DNA of 64,000 nucleotides from contig JAIVFI010000029.1 of NCBI GenBank assembly GCA_025558095.1, positions 372,001 through 436,000 of the forward strand, in the 5' to 3' direction. Source of the DNA: Hyaloraphidium curvatum SAG 235-1 (Eukaryota > Fungi > Monoblepharomycota). Each line of letters starts with the position of its first letter. Within the stretch, counting starts at the first letter, position 1. The notes beneath the pieces were generated by a model that did not search any database, was not told the DNA's origin, and saw only the letters and a list, made by a program, of their open reading frames with translations. Position numbers and translations under genes: made by a program. Positions 1 to 11,668 of this stretch are shown here, one piece after another.

Positions 1-3000
1 GAAGCAAACTGCTGCTCTTTTGCGATTGGCAGATCCACTTTCGGTGGCGCACTCGCTGGACTGGCGTTCGCCAACGGGGTAGGGCCTGCAAAAGAAACAG
101 AAGATGTCTGCGATGGCAGTTTCCCCGCCTCGGAAGGAGATGACGAAGAAGGGACGGTCTGAACCGCCGGGGGCGAAGACGAAAAGTCCTTGCTTTGAAG
201 CAGAGCTTTCGGTATGGGGACTTGCTGAGCACCTCCAGGCGGGCGAGGCGCGAAAGGCAGCTGGCCGACAGGCGGTCGTTGCGCGGGATTCAAGCCCATC
301 GGGCGAGGCGACGTGCTCGGAGGAGACGTGGCCAGCCTGTTGATGGGAACCTGCTGCACGCGCAGTTGGGCGGCTCCTGGAGACATCGCCTGCGGAGGGC
401 GCGCGGCCTCGCGTCCAGGCGTGGCAGCGGCGATGGGCACCGGCTGAGTGCCTCGATTTCGCGCGCCGCCAAAAGACCCATTCGTTGTGCCGACGCCGCG
501 GCCGGGAATGTCGATCGGCTCGTGGGGCCGCAAAAGAGACGTCGTTGGGGCGTGCTCAGCCGCATTCGCGTCCTCCGCATCCGATTCGGCCGCTTCCGAC
601 GTAAGCAACTCGCTCGTCGGACTCGCGAACCCCGATCCGGTTTCTCTGGATCCCATGATGGGGGAGAAGCGTCCGACGGAACCCGGAGTGGTGCTCAGAG
701 TATCTCGCCGCGACCTCACGTCCGAACCTCGTGATTCTTCCACGCTCGATTGGTCCCATCTGTCCGGCTCCGTCGAGGTCGAATCCAGCCTCCTAGCAGG
801 TGTCCGTGGCGGGCTACCCCACGATTCCCCGGTGGGATTGGAGGTAAGATTCGGCCCTTCTGCCAAACGAAGAACCTTGTCAGCAACCCGGCCGAGCGTT
901 GATCGTCGCAACGGTGGAGCTCACCAAGTCCAATGTCCTGTCCCGAAACTGGACGCGAAGCGTTCGAGCTGGGCTTCGACGGGGCTTCGGGGACCGGTAC
1001 CGCACTCAGCCCCGACGACGATACCGCGCCGTTCGTCGGGGCCGCTAGAAAGGGCTGATTAGGTGGCCTTACTAGGTCGTCGAAGATTCGAAGGCGGGAC
1101 CTTCCGGAACCCTGGGACGGATCCGCGTTCCCCGGCGGGAGAGCGCCCGGGAGTGTTCCTTGGAGTCCGGGCGCCGGCCTAGGAGCCTGCGAGCCCATGC
1201 CCATAGCCATGATGGCCGGGTCGCGGAACGGAATATGTCCGCCGGGGCCTCCAAATGACCCGTTTGCGGCCCCGTCCGGATGCTTGCTCATGCCCGGCGG
1301 CCTCGCCGAAGTGAGCCGTGCGTTCATCAGGAACTGGTTGAGAAACTCGTCCGCGCTGGTCGCATTCTCGAACTGGCTCGGCATCGGTCGCGCGACGCCG
1401 GGCGGGCCCTGGTTCGGCCCCGGCTGGTGTCCCACCATCTGGAAGTACCGCTGCTGCGACATGGCGACACGGTTCGCGTAGGCTTGCTGCTCGAAAAGCG
1501 TGCCGTTGACTGGGAATGCGAATGCGCGATCCGGTCCGGCCTCACTCCGTTGGTCTACGCGCGGCAGCTGAAGCGGATGAAGCCGGGGTCAGAAAGAACA
1601 CCGAGCCCTCGAACAGCAACAACAAACCTGGAGAGCGGGACTCTCCGTAGCCGGCGGCTGCTGGGGGCTTTCCGAGAAAAAGCGCTCAAATCTGCTTCCG
1701 CCCCCGCCTCTTCGAGGCAAGGATGTGTTCGACTCCCCAGCCGGCGCTGGTGGAAGCGCGCTACGTCCGGAAACATCGCTTTGCGAGGCAGATTGCCGCA
1801 TCCCTGCAGCCTCTTCGCGAAATGGATCAAAGTCCGCGTTGGCATCTCTGCCGGCAGAAGGCACAGAAGCGGATGGAAAACCGGGCGGCCGTCCGTTGGG
1901 CAAAGCAGGTCCCATGGACTGGTAGTACAGCCCCGGCATCGGTGGCGCGCTGGTCGCCGCGGGCATGAGCAGACCAGAAGGCATATCCAGCCCGCCAGGG
2001 GCAGCAAGCGGACCGCGGAACGCCGCCAATGGGTCATTGTCCTCGAACGGATTGAAAGAGCCGTTGTAGCGCGGATGCAGCTCGGTGGAAAACGGAGACG
2101 TGGCGACAGCGCTCGACTCGAGTCCGAAATTGGAGAGACTGGAGAGGATGGCCGGAGAAAACTCGGAAAGAACCTCGCCCGCTTGGGGAGCAGTTCCTTC
2201 TCGCGCAGGAGTAGGTTTCGCAGCTTGCTCTGCCGCAGTTGTCACTGCAGGGGGCGGTGCCGATGGCGCTCCTTGAGGTGGTGCTTCCGGCACTTGCGCT
2301 CGCGAGGGCTGTGCAGCATGCCGTGCGCGAGGAAACTCGTCCCGCGCACTCGACTCCGCGTTGGCGTTCCCCGCGTTCCGCGATTGCTCCTGCTTTGCCG
2401 ACGAACGACCTCCAGCTTCTCCCTGGCCACCTCTCCGTTTGTCCCTGTCGCGCTCCCGCTCTTTCGGCTGCGGTGCAGCAACGGGAGGCGGCGGATGGTC
2501 CTCCTGCGTTGGGGTGACCTTTCCCGTGCCGGACACCGAGCCCGTCCGCTGCGGTTTCGCCCAAGTAGCAGAAGCCGGAAGGGCGGGCTTTTCCTCCTTC
2601 TTCTCCCATGTTTCCGTGCGGGGAAAGGGCGCCTGTCGCGAAACTCCCTTGAAAGGATGGCTGGGGACAACGTCAGCGAACCAGCGCGGAGCACGGCAAG
2701 CAGATGATCCCACCTGGCGATTACCTCATTCGCATCCGCGTCGGCTAAATTGACAAGCATTAGGCCCGCAGCCTTATGAGCTGGGAACCATACTCACCGT
2801 TGACGGCACGCAGCATTCGTCCCTCGTAGATGCTCCCATCTACGACATCGATCGCCTTCGCAGCGTCTTCACGTCGATTAAACGTGATGTAGACGCCCAG
2901 ATTCTGATTGCTCGGCGTGGGTCCAGCTCCACTTGGTCCGCTTGCCCTTCGCGAAATGACGATCTTCTTGATGGGACCGAACTGGCCGAAATACTCATGC

Positions 3001-3545
3001 TGACGAAGTATCTGGAGGTTTGCCGTCAAAATCGAGGGCCCAGGCGGTTCCGACTAATCAACCGCACCTCTTCGCTCGCCAGCCTCGGATGGAGACCGAT
3101 GACGTAGACCAGGTTCTTGGGAGCCACACGAGCAGTCGCGACGTGCTTCTTCGCAACCGCCTCCTGCTCCTTCTTTTCCCGCTCCTTGGCCTTCTTCGCA
3201 GCCTTGAGCTTCGCAACCCTTCGCAGCACGTGAGACCGCGGCCCAAGCGGGACAAGACAGGCCGGAGACCCACTCTTCTGCGGTCATGGGCCTGAACTCC
3301 ACTTGGTTCTCCGAATACTGCCGGCGACAGGCCGGACATAGCCCGTTGAGATTCTCCTTTATGTGATGCCAGCAAAACCGGCAGATCTGGCAGGCAGGCT
3401 CCGCGTGAGCAACGGCGCTGCGGGCAAAGGAGAGAAGACCGTCGCCCACCTGGTACCCGCAAGGACACGGCTTGAAGTACCGGTCCGTGATATCGATCTC
3501 TTCCATGCACAGAGGGCATTCCAGATCTTCCCAGTCGGAATCCAT
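1..3545 (-). CDS. NOT4: CCR4-NOT E3 ubiquitin ligase Not4/CNOT4 (multi-exon; 3' end runs off the window)
   Basis: N-terminal C4C4 RING (CPLCMEEIDITDRYFKPCPCGYQ|ICRFCWHHIKENLNGLCPACRRQY), coiled coil, RRM (NLVYVIGL...EYFGQFGPIKKIVI...VYITF), then a long low-complexity tail whose frame is still open at base 1. Confidence 0.93.
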
Positions 3546-3843
3546 CTTGATATATCGGCGCGGTGGCCTCGCAGAAACGCGCTTTTAAAGCGGTGCGGGG
3601 TGCCGACGAAAAGTTGCCCTTCGACCGCAGATGCGGCACGAAAGCGCGATGGATTATACTGCGTGCTAAGACGCGCGGAGACGCGTTCAGCAGATGCCGC
3701 TTCTGCCCGCGAAACGGGGAGAAGACGGGCAAAGTGTTGTTGCGGTCGTCGGGGCTCTCGCTGTCAGTCAAGTTCGCTCATCACATCTACGTCGCCGAAT
3801 CCATGCGGCGCGCTCTCAACGACCACAGCATCTACATCATCCG

Positions 3844-5241
3844 TCACTGTCGATTATCGCTCTTCCTCAAGGGACGCTTCGGCCTCGTCCACCGGCCACC
3901 TTGGCGCAGCTTCTTCAGATCGATCGGAACCCAGTTCTTGTTCTTCCAAGCCTCGATCACAAAGATCGTCTTCATGGAAAACTCGTAACTGCAGGATACA
4001 CGGTGGAGCAATCAGCGACGGCGAACGAGCACGGGCTCGTGCCAAACCCACGTCACGTTCATCTGCGTTCTGACGTACCGCATGGACTCGTTGTCCAGCG
4101 CCACGTCGTGGAACGCAAAAACCGTCGGCCGATCCTCCCGCAGGAATCTCTGCCAGTTGTTCATGTTGGCGGCAATCTCGCGCAGCCCGTGCGCCGAATC
4201 CGTCCAGACGAGCTGGTAATCCAGATCCGGCACCGTTTTGCCGGCGATAATGTAGACATAGTCCGAAAGTCCTGCCCGCGCAACACCACCGACGAGCTCA
4301 GCAAGCAAGCCGCCGGGCTGCTCGTAGATCTTGTCCAGCATCTTGCTGTACTCCTCCACCGTCGAGGATCCCGCTCGCGTGCCGTCCACCATAAAGTCAA
4401 CGAGCGGCTTCTTCTGCTTCCCGGGCCGATATTGCCACCGGTAGGGGATGCTATTGTAGGGAAACTTGCCCGTGGCGAAAGATTTGGCGCCTTCCGAGAC
4501 GGTTAGGCAGGAACGATGGACAGGATAGAGGCCATACCGATCGGAAAGATGTCGCTGGTGATGAAAGTCTTCTTCACCTTCGAATCCTTGACGCCTTGGG
4601 CAATGCAGCACGTGCTTCGGCCCCGGAAAGACCCCTGTTCGTAGATTGGGCCGTTTGTCTTCCTGGCGAGGTGGTAGAGGATGCAGCACTCTTCCCAAGT
4701 CAGCCACCCCTCTGATACGAAGATATAAAGATGCGCAGGCGAAAGCACCGTCGGTCGGTCAGCTGGGACACAGCGCTTGGGGCCCAGACGATTGCGAACC
4801 TGGCAAGACCCCTGACCGGTGAATGTAGCAGTAGTCCGGATCCTGGCTCTTGACCAGAAACTCGGTATGACTCTCATTCAGCGGAATGTGCGGCGCAAGC
4901 GGTTCTGCCGGCGCTTGTGCCGAAGCTGGAGTCTGCGGCGCGGTTGCCTGGTCCGCCCCCGGTGCTGTTCCCACTCCTCCAGCGGCCCCATCGCCGCCTT
5001 GATCCTGTCCTAAGGATTGTTCCTACAACGCATGGTGGTCAACTGGCCGCTACAGGTAGCTCAACGCCGTCCAGATCATTACTGGGACACGAGGTTCGAT
5101 GGGGAGCGATGGGGGCAGAAGAATAGGTAGCGGTATCGGAGGACACCGCGGATCTCGCAAGGCAAAGAAGCCGAGCACGAGGAGTACGGCCAAGCCGAGC
5201 AGCCACGGCTTGTAGTCCGTTCGCGGGCGATTTCGGTCCAT
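3844..5241 (-). CDS. Type II membrane SAM-dependent methyltransferase (Methyltransf_24-like), multi-exon
   Basis: N-terminal TM (WLLGLAVLLVLGFFAL); EGWLTWEECCILYHLA..IYEQGSFRGRST; VWTDSAH; FAFHDV; the 5' exon junctions are uncertain. Confidence 0.7.
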
Positions 5242-5330
5242 GTTTTGTCGACGGACTGTTTGCGCGGGCGGAGGGCGGGGCAAAGTCATCATTTCTTCCC
5301 TTCTCCACTCTATACGGGCCTTCCGGGGCG

Positions 5331-6832
5331 TTAGCTGTCATCCTTTTTCTTTCCCTTGAAGTAGGCAACCTGCAGGTTGCGAATCAGCGAGAGGGGCGCA
5401 ACGATCGCCAGGCGAACCTCACCTCGTAACAGCAATGGATGCGATAGCCCAGATCCCAATCCACTGCCGTCGACATGCCGTTCGTGTGGACGTAGAAGAG
5501 GCGGAAGCCCCACACGTCCTCCAGCTCGGCAAGAATCCGGTACCACTGCTTTAGGACCTCGATCCGCGCCTCCTTGCTCGCGAAAGGCCCGAGCCCGTCC
5601 CAAAGATGGATCTCGAACAGCAGCTGCTCCACATGCTCCAAGACACCGGAGTCCAGGGCCTCCCGCAGCACCGCCCATTCGAAGCCCTCGACATCAATCT
5701 AAGAACGGACTAAAGATGAGCAAATGCTCGCAGGGCGAGCGGCATCGCATACTGACCTTGAGAAGGGAGATGTGCCGATGCTTCAGCGACCTCATGTGGC
5801 TCGACAGCGTCTTGACGGTCCACTTCGCGACCTTGCCCGACCGCATCCCCTTCCCGTCGATCAGCTCATCCTTGCTCGAGATGCCCAGGTTCCAGTACCA
5901 GTGGTGGTCGGAGCGCTTCGCCGACTCCATTTCCATGCTGGGATCGAATGAGTGAGAATCGCAGCCCGTCTTGGCATGGAACTGCTCGTCGAAGCTCCAG
6001 TCCCAATCCACGCCGAACGTGTACTGGACGCAGTTGCCCTTGGCCCCTTCGTTCAGCTTGTCCAGCGAGGTATCGAGTCGGCTGTACGAGTCGCTCAGGC
6101 GGTTCTTTCTCCAGTATGGGGCATCGAAACACACGGGCCAGGTGCCTTCGCCGGCAAAGGCCTTGACCCCACCGAGCATGACCTGGTGGTCGCAGTCGTA
6201 GGTCATCTGCGGCACAGCACGAGATCAGCTCCATGTAGGGCACGGGAAACGAGGAAACCCACCCTGTTGAAGCGCAGCATGATCTGAAGGATGAGCGTCC
6301 GAACGGCATCCTCTTGATCCGGGTGGATGATGAGCTGGCCAGGCTTTGTCCCAGCCACGGATTGCGAAGAGACACCCGCAACGCCAGAGCCTTGGAGGCT
6401 CTTTAGAGGATTTCGATCGTCGTCGTCGTCATGCTCGTAGCGGTCCTCGTACCAGTCCTCGACCTCCTCGCGGATGTAATTCGCCGAGAGCAGCAGCACG
6501 AGGAACACGGCGGCAAGGATCGTCAGCCGCGTATTGCGGCGAGCAAAAGTGACGCCTGCGGCAATCGCGTTCTGGACGGCGACCGGCAGCGAGGCGTGGA
6601 GGGAGCGGAACGCGACGGCGACGGCGTTGACCGCCGACCGAGCAGTTGGGGAACGCGTCCGCGATGAGCCCGTCGGAAGCAGCGGAATCGCATGCTCTCC
6701 GTTCGCCTCTCGGTCCCTCGGCCCAAAGTCCGGCTCGCGGGGCGAGGCGACAGCAGGTTCCACTGGTGCGCCCCCAGGAGCTCCCTGAAGCTGCGGCCCC
6801 GAATCGCCCGTCGTGTCCAACGGGGTTGCCAT
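5331..6832 (-). CDS. METTL24-like/FkbM-type methyltransferase, type II membrane, multi-exon
   Basis: TM segment, then GEGTWPVC, CVQYTFGVDWDWSFD, GCDSHSFDPSM, ISLLK|IDVEGFEW, VEQLLFEIH, CCYEV. Confidence 0.8.
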
Positions 6833-7014
6833 CTCCGCTTCCTTCGGGCCAAATCCTCACTCAGAGACGGCCGTGCCGACTCAGAGTGCGGGTTATGGCA
6901 GCAGAAGCTGGAGGTGTCGTTGGCTTTTCGCCGCAGTGCGGCGGCGTCGCCTTCCGCCTGCCCGCAAGACTTTGCGCCTATGAGAAGTAAGATGGACGAA
7001 TCCTACATCATTAG

Positions 7015-8714
7015 CTAAACCACCAGCCTGCGGCCCGCCGCTGCTATCTCGTCCAGCTGCGCGATCGCCCGGCGAACGCTTTCCGGCAACGGCGACTGTG
7101 CCGATCCGCTGCTGACGGAGGAAAGGTAGCGGGCGAGCACGTCCGCTGCCTCGCCGGCAACTCTGCGGTACTGCTCTGGGTCCGTGGCTGGAATGAAAGT
7201 GGCGGTCTTGGGGGAGTCGGGAGCAGCCCCGGAGGTTTCGAGGAGCGGATGCTCGACAAAGTCCTCGGCGGCCCTCATGAGCCTCGCCACGAAGGGCGAG
7301 ATGAGCTTGGGATCGGAGTGGTAGGCACTCAGGAGGATGCCCATGCCAGCAGAGAACATCCCGATCTGGCCACGCCATCAGAAAAGAGGGAAAGGGTTCG
7401 GCGCGCTGCTTACCTCGAAGAAAGGAAGGTAAGGCACCCAACCCTTGCCGTAGGAAATCAGGTACCAGCTCTCGACGGCGCGCGGGAGCGTGTACAACGC
7501 TAGCTCCGTCCGACGGCTCTTCTCCTCCAGGAAGATGGAGAGCGAAGCGAACGCACCAGCAATCCAATAAAGAGCCTTTGCGTCGCGTTCGATGAAAATC
7601 TTGTTCCGAATCAAATAGCGTACCATGCACACGAACTCCTGGTAACCAGACACGAAGGCGCCAAGGAAGACAGACGAGCGTATCGTCGATTGCGCGATTC
7701 TCCGCAGCATGTGCGCCGGCCTCTTCAAGACGGTCCCGAACCTGAACACCACCGTCGGCACCGTGGTCAAGATGCCGTACACCGGCAGGATCAGCTTGAA
7801 GACTTTCGTAAACACGTTCACCCCGTGAACGGCGCACGAATCGGTGTGAGAATGCAGGAGACAGCAGTCAACGACCTGGAGCGGCTGCCCGAGGCGGGAG
7901 ATGGTTTCCAGGGCCAGAGCCGAGGGATGGTACGGCTTGACCAGCGCCGCGAGATCCGCGGGAACGGGGTCGCCGTCCAGCTGCGCCCGGACGGTCTTCA
8001 GAATTGGTTCCGGGATGGGCCCCGTGTCCCGAATGAAGCTGTAGAAGGTCGGCGGCAGCGCCTCGGGGTGCCTCACGTAGCTGAAACGCCGTTAGCTTCG
8101 CGGAAAATCACTCTGGCGGGATCCCACCTGTACATGATTTGGGCAGAGCAAACGATGAAGAGGAAGGCGTCCCCGTTGGGGAACGAGAACCGGTTGGCGG
8201 CCTTCAGGGTGTTGTAGGCGGCCTGTAGCCCGCGTACGAGGACCTGCTGCGCGATCCCGACCCGCCGCTCCTTCGACTCGAAGACCAGCGCGAGGCCCGC
8301 GATCGTACCCGCCGCGAACCCGGCTCTCTCCGGCGGCAGCTTCCAGAGCGCCGTGGAGAGGTCGTAAACCGACTTCCAGAGGAACGAAAAGGTGCCAAAG
8401 AACCACGCCGTCCTCAGCGCGTCGCTGCTCCCAAACGTCGTCCGGATGGCCTGGATCAAGGAGGCCTTGCCCCGCAGGATCCGCAAGAGCCGGAGCAGGA
8501 AGTCCACGCCGCCGCGCAGGAAGTACCCCAGGATGGCCCCGCGGGCCCCGACCCGCGCGCCGTGCATGAGCGCCGCTTTGAGCACGGGCGCCACGTCCCG
8601 CCACGCACGCCGCAACGCGCCGCCGTGTCCGCGCGCAACGCTCGCCGGCGGCGCCTGTGCCCCGTCCGCTGCGCCGGCCTTGGCCTCGAGTCGGCCGCCC
8701 GCATCGGATTCCAT
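7015..8714 (-). CDS. Transmembrane protein 135 (TMEM135/PMP52-like)
   Basis: Multi-TM protein; FIVCSAQIMY, RHPEALPPTFYSFI, CCLLHSHTDSC, IFLEEKSRRTELALYTLPRAVES. Confidence 0.85.
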
Positions 8715-9324
8715 GTTCTACGCGGGCTGGCGTGAGGTTCCGCGCTTGGTCGAGTGTTTGTGGCTGAACGCGCTGAACGCGCGCCGCGGCCGCATGGCCA
8801 TGCATCAGCAGCGCCCGCGACCACTGCATTCATGTACGGACGACGTTGCATGGGTCCTTTAAATCTCATGCGAGACCAAGATCGCGTTGCTCCTCTTCAC
8901 GTGCCGGATATAATGCCTGACGAGCACTACGTCCCGTCGATCCACGCAGGGGTCGGACAACAGCCATGGCGGCTCGCCTAGCCGTATTGATTCGTGGCGT
9001 CGCTTTCCGCTTCCTCTTTCGCAACCATGGCAATCGCCACATACGCCGCGGGCTCGATTGTTTGTCTCACCCTATGAAAGCGAACTGCGCCGCCGCCGAG
9101 ATCTCAACCGACCCAGATCTCAATCTCAACACCTCAAATCTCAACGCTGCCACGCAATACAAAAGGGAGCTCCGGTACTTTCACTGGTCAAGCAAAAGAT
9201 GACCTTCGAGAACAAAGGCAAGACCGTCGCGTGTTGCGCTAGGTGACCGGCTCACACCCCGCCCCTCTCCGCAGGGGATGCCGACGGGCGCCTGCACTGT
9301 CCCGGGATCCTACGCCCCGGCCAG

Positions 9325-9639
9325 ATGGTCAGGAGCCGCAACGGTCAAACCGAGCTCCGCCAGCAGCACGATGGGAATGCGGTCTTATACGACGTCTCCG
9401 GCGGCGTTGAACGTGTTCGGTGGCACACAGGGACGCACGGCCACCCCAACTCCGAGCTAGTTGTCCAGCACGACCAGGTCTTCTACGTCCGAGACATCGA
9501 GACGAAGCGTACTCTGTTCACTTCGAACACGGACCAGCAAGAGGATGCCAGCACCCACATTCGCGTGACTGATGACGGTACGCTCGAGCTGTGGAACTCC
9601 GACCACCGCAGATACGCCGTGCCAGGTCCGTTACCCTGA
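9325..9639 (+). CDS. Small bulb-type (GNA-like) mannose-binding lectin domain protein; 5' exon unresolved
   Basis: LRPGQMVRSRNG..LRQQHDGNAVLY matches QxDxNxVxY; WHTGT; two further degenerate subdomains (VVQHD, VTDDGTLELW). Confidence 0.65.
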   Translation: MVRSRNGQTELRQQHDGNAVLYDVSGGVERVRWHTGTHGHPNSELVVQHDQVFYVRDIETKRTLFTSNTDQQEDASTHIRVTDDGTLELWNSDHRRYAVPGPLP

Positions 9640-9804
9640 GAGCATGGCGCATGAGGATCTCCCTAACAGGGAAACTCACTGCAGCCGCGCCGCAACGCCA
9701 GCCCCAGTGGTACTACATTTGCGGGCCTCACGGGGAAATCGTCGGAATAGGCCACTCGTGATTGTGTGGAGAGTCTCTTGCTTAACTTGATGGTTCTCGC
9801 CTAG

Positions 9805-11565
9805 CTAACGCTCTGCATCCGCGGCGTCCCGTTCGCCGCCCGCATCCACGGAGATCGCGTCCGCCGGGCCCTCCTCCGCTGCATCCGAGTCTCCCGACTC
9901 GCCAGGTTCCTCGCCGCCTGCCTGGTCACCCTCCTCTTCGGCTCCCTTGCCCTCGTCTTTGCTGGCGCTTTCTTCGGCGTCCTCGGCTCCCTCTGCCGAG
10001 TCCTCCGCGGCGCCGCCGGCACCGTCTGCGGCGTCCTTCTGTGTCCGATCATCATTTGCAGCGGCCTTCACATGCCAATTGTCGTTGTTGACGACGACCA
10101 CCGTTGCCGGCACCGCCGCAAGCGCCACCCTGAGAGCGGCGATCCTGTTCACGGTGGCGTTGGCAGTCCTGTTCTCCCAATTGTACCCCTTGGGCAGCCC
10201 CTTTACGGGCACGCCGTCCCATTCCGGCACCTTGGGGCGCGGGTACTCCTTCCCCTCCTCCTTCCACCCTTTGACCACCTCCGGCTTCGGATCGTGGCTG
10301 CCGTCCCGGTTCGGTACCCCGCCGCGGCAGTCCTGCACCTTTGCCCAGTTGCACGTCCTGTACACCTCGGGCCCGCCCGTCCGCGCCATCGCGACCCTCT
10401 GCGCGTTCTCCGCCGACGCGTTGCTCGCCCGGACCCCCGGCACCGGCACCGCCGCGTCCTCCCGCACGTCGCCCCGGGGGAGGTACGGCCACCGCCGCGC
10501 GACGGCCTCGGCGATGCCCTCGTGGTACCGGAACTGGTGCACGAAGCTGACCACCTCGCCCAGCATGTTGAGCGGGCGGCCCCACCGGTCCATGGCCCAG
10601 AAGAGCTCGGTGCCGACGGTGGCGCCTGGCCCGGTCTCGGTGGGGTAGACGAACGCGCGCGGGAGCTTCCTCGAGTAGTGCAGGTGCTGCAGGACGAGCT
10701 GGTCGTTGCAGTGAGACGCATTGAGCGTGCCGACCATCCTGTCCAGCAGCGCGTGCACGGCGTCGGCGGTGCCCAGCACGGTGCCGGCGCAGATGCGGCT
10801 CTCGGTGGCCATGAGCTCCCACAGGTCCCCGAGCCTGCCGTCGCAGTCGGCCATCCAGTTGCGGTGCGCCTCGCACATGCCGATCGTCAGCGTCCTGTTC
10901 TCGGCGAACAGCGCCAGCCCGGACGGCTCGGGTAGCGGGATCGCGAACGGGTCCCGGAAAAAGGCCACGTCCAGGTCCGACACGAACACGCGGCCGTACT
11001 TTACCGCGGCCTTTTCGCGCCGCATCCAGGCGATGTACTGCGCGAAGCGCTCGATCACGACCTCGCGGCCCTCGGCGAGGGTCCAGCCGACCAGGTGCAC
11101 GGGCGCGAACTCGCGCGCCAGCACGGCGAGCTCGGCGTCGCCGGGGTCCGTGGTGAGCAGCAGCACCTCTGCGCGCGAGCCCGTGTCACGCAGCGAGAAG
11201 AGGAACGTCGAGATGGTCGCGCGGTCGAAGCCGTTTGCCTCGGACGTCACGACGAGGTTCGGTTTACCGGACGGGTGCTCGCCCGACGTCCGCGATCCGT
11301 CCTTCCTGCCCTCCACGGGGCACGCGGCGCACGCGGGGCATTTTGGCGGCGGCGGGCACTTTGGTGCCGGGCACGCCGGGCACGCCGGGCACTCGCGGCA
11401 CGGTTCGCAGCTCAGCGGCGCGGCGGGGACCGCGGGTGCGGGCGGACGCGTCTCTGCCCGCGCCTCCCGCGTTTCAGCAAGGGGTGACGCCGGAGCCAGC
11501 ATCAGCGCCGCAATGAGCACCGCCGCGAGGCCCAGCAGCACGAGGAGGCCCCGCGGAATCGCCAT
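9805..11565 (-). CDS. Type II membrane putative glycosyltransferase (GT-A fold), intronless
   Basis: Signal anchor, CPxC-rich stem, ERF..Y, VFVSDLDVAFFRDPF (DxD), ICAGTVLG, NDQ, VHQF. Confidence 0.65.
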   Translation of the reverse strand: MAIPRGLLVLLGLAAVLIAALMLAPASPLAETREARAETRPPAPAVPAAPLSCEPCRECPACPACPAPKCPPPPKCPACAACPVEGRKDGSRTSGEHPSGKPNLVVTSEANGFDRATISTFLFSLRDTGSRAEVLLLTTDPGDAELAVLAREFAPVHLVGWTLAEGREVVIERFAQYIAWMRREKAAVKYGRVFVSDLDVAFFRDPFAIPLPEPSGLALFAENRTLTIGMCEAHRNWMADCDGRLGDLWELMATESRICAGTVLGTADAVHALLDRMVGTLNASHCNDQLVLQHLHYSRKLPRAFVYPTETGPGATVGTELFWAMDRWGRPLNMLGEVVSFVHQFRYHEGIAEAVARRWPYLPRGDVREDAAVPVPGVRASNASAENAQRVAMARTGGPEVYRTCNWAKVQDCRGGVPNRDGSHDPKPEVVKGWKEEGKEYPRPKVPEWDGVPVKGLPKGYNWENRTANATVNRIAALRVALAAVPATVVVVNNDNWHVKAAANDDRTQKDAADGAGGAAEDSAEGAEDAEESASKDEGKGAEEEGDQAGGEEPGESGDSDAAEEGPADAISVDAGGERDAADAER

Positions 11566-11668
11566 TACGGGCAGTTCGGGAGGGCGCGTCGATCAAGCAC
11601 GACTCATCACTCGAGATTGGTCGGTGCCGGGTCAGTATCATCCTGTTTCGTTGACCAGTTCTCGCAGC

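Noticed and set aside
9200-9202. Second Sec codon upstream of the lectin domain
   Set aside because: No Cys-homologous context and no SECIS seen downstream
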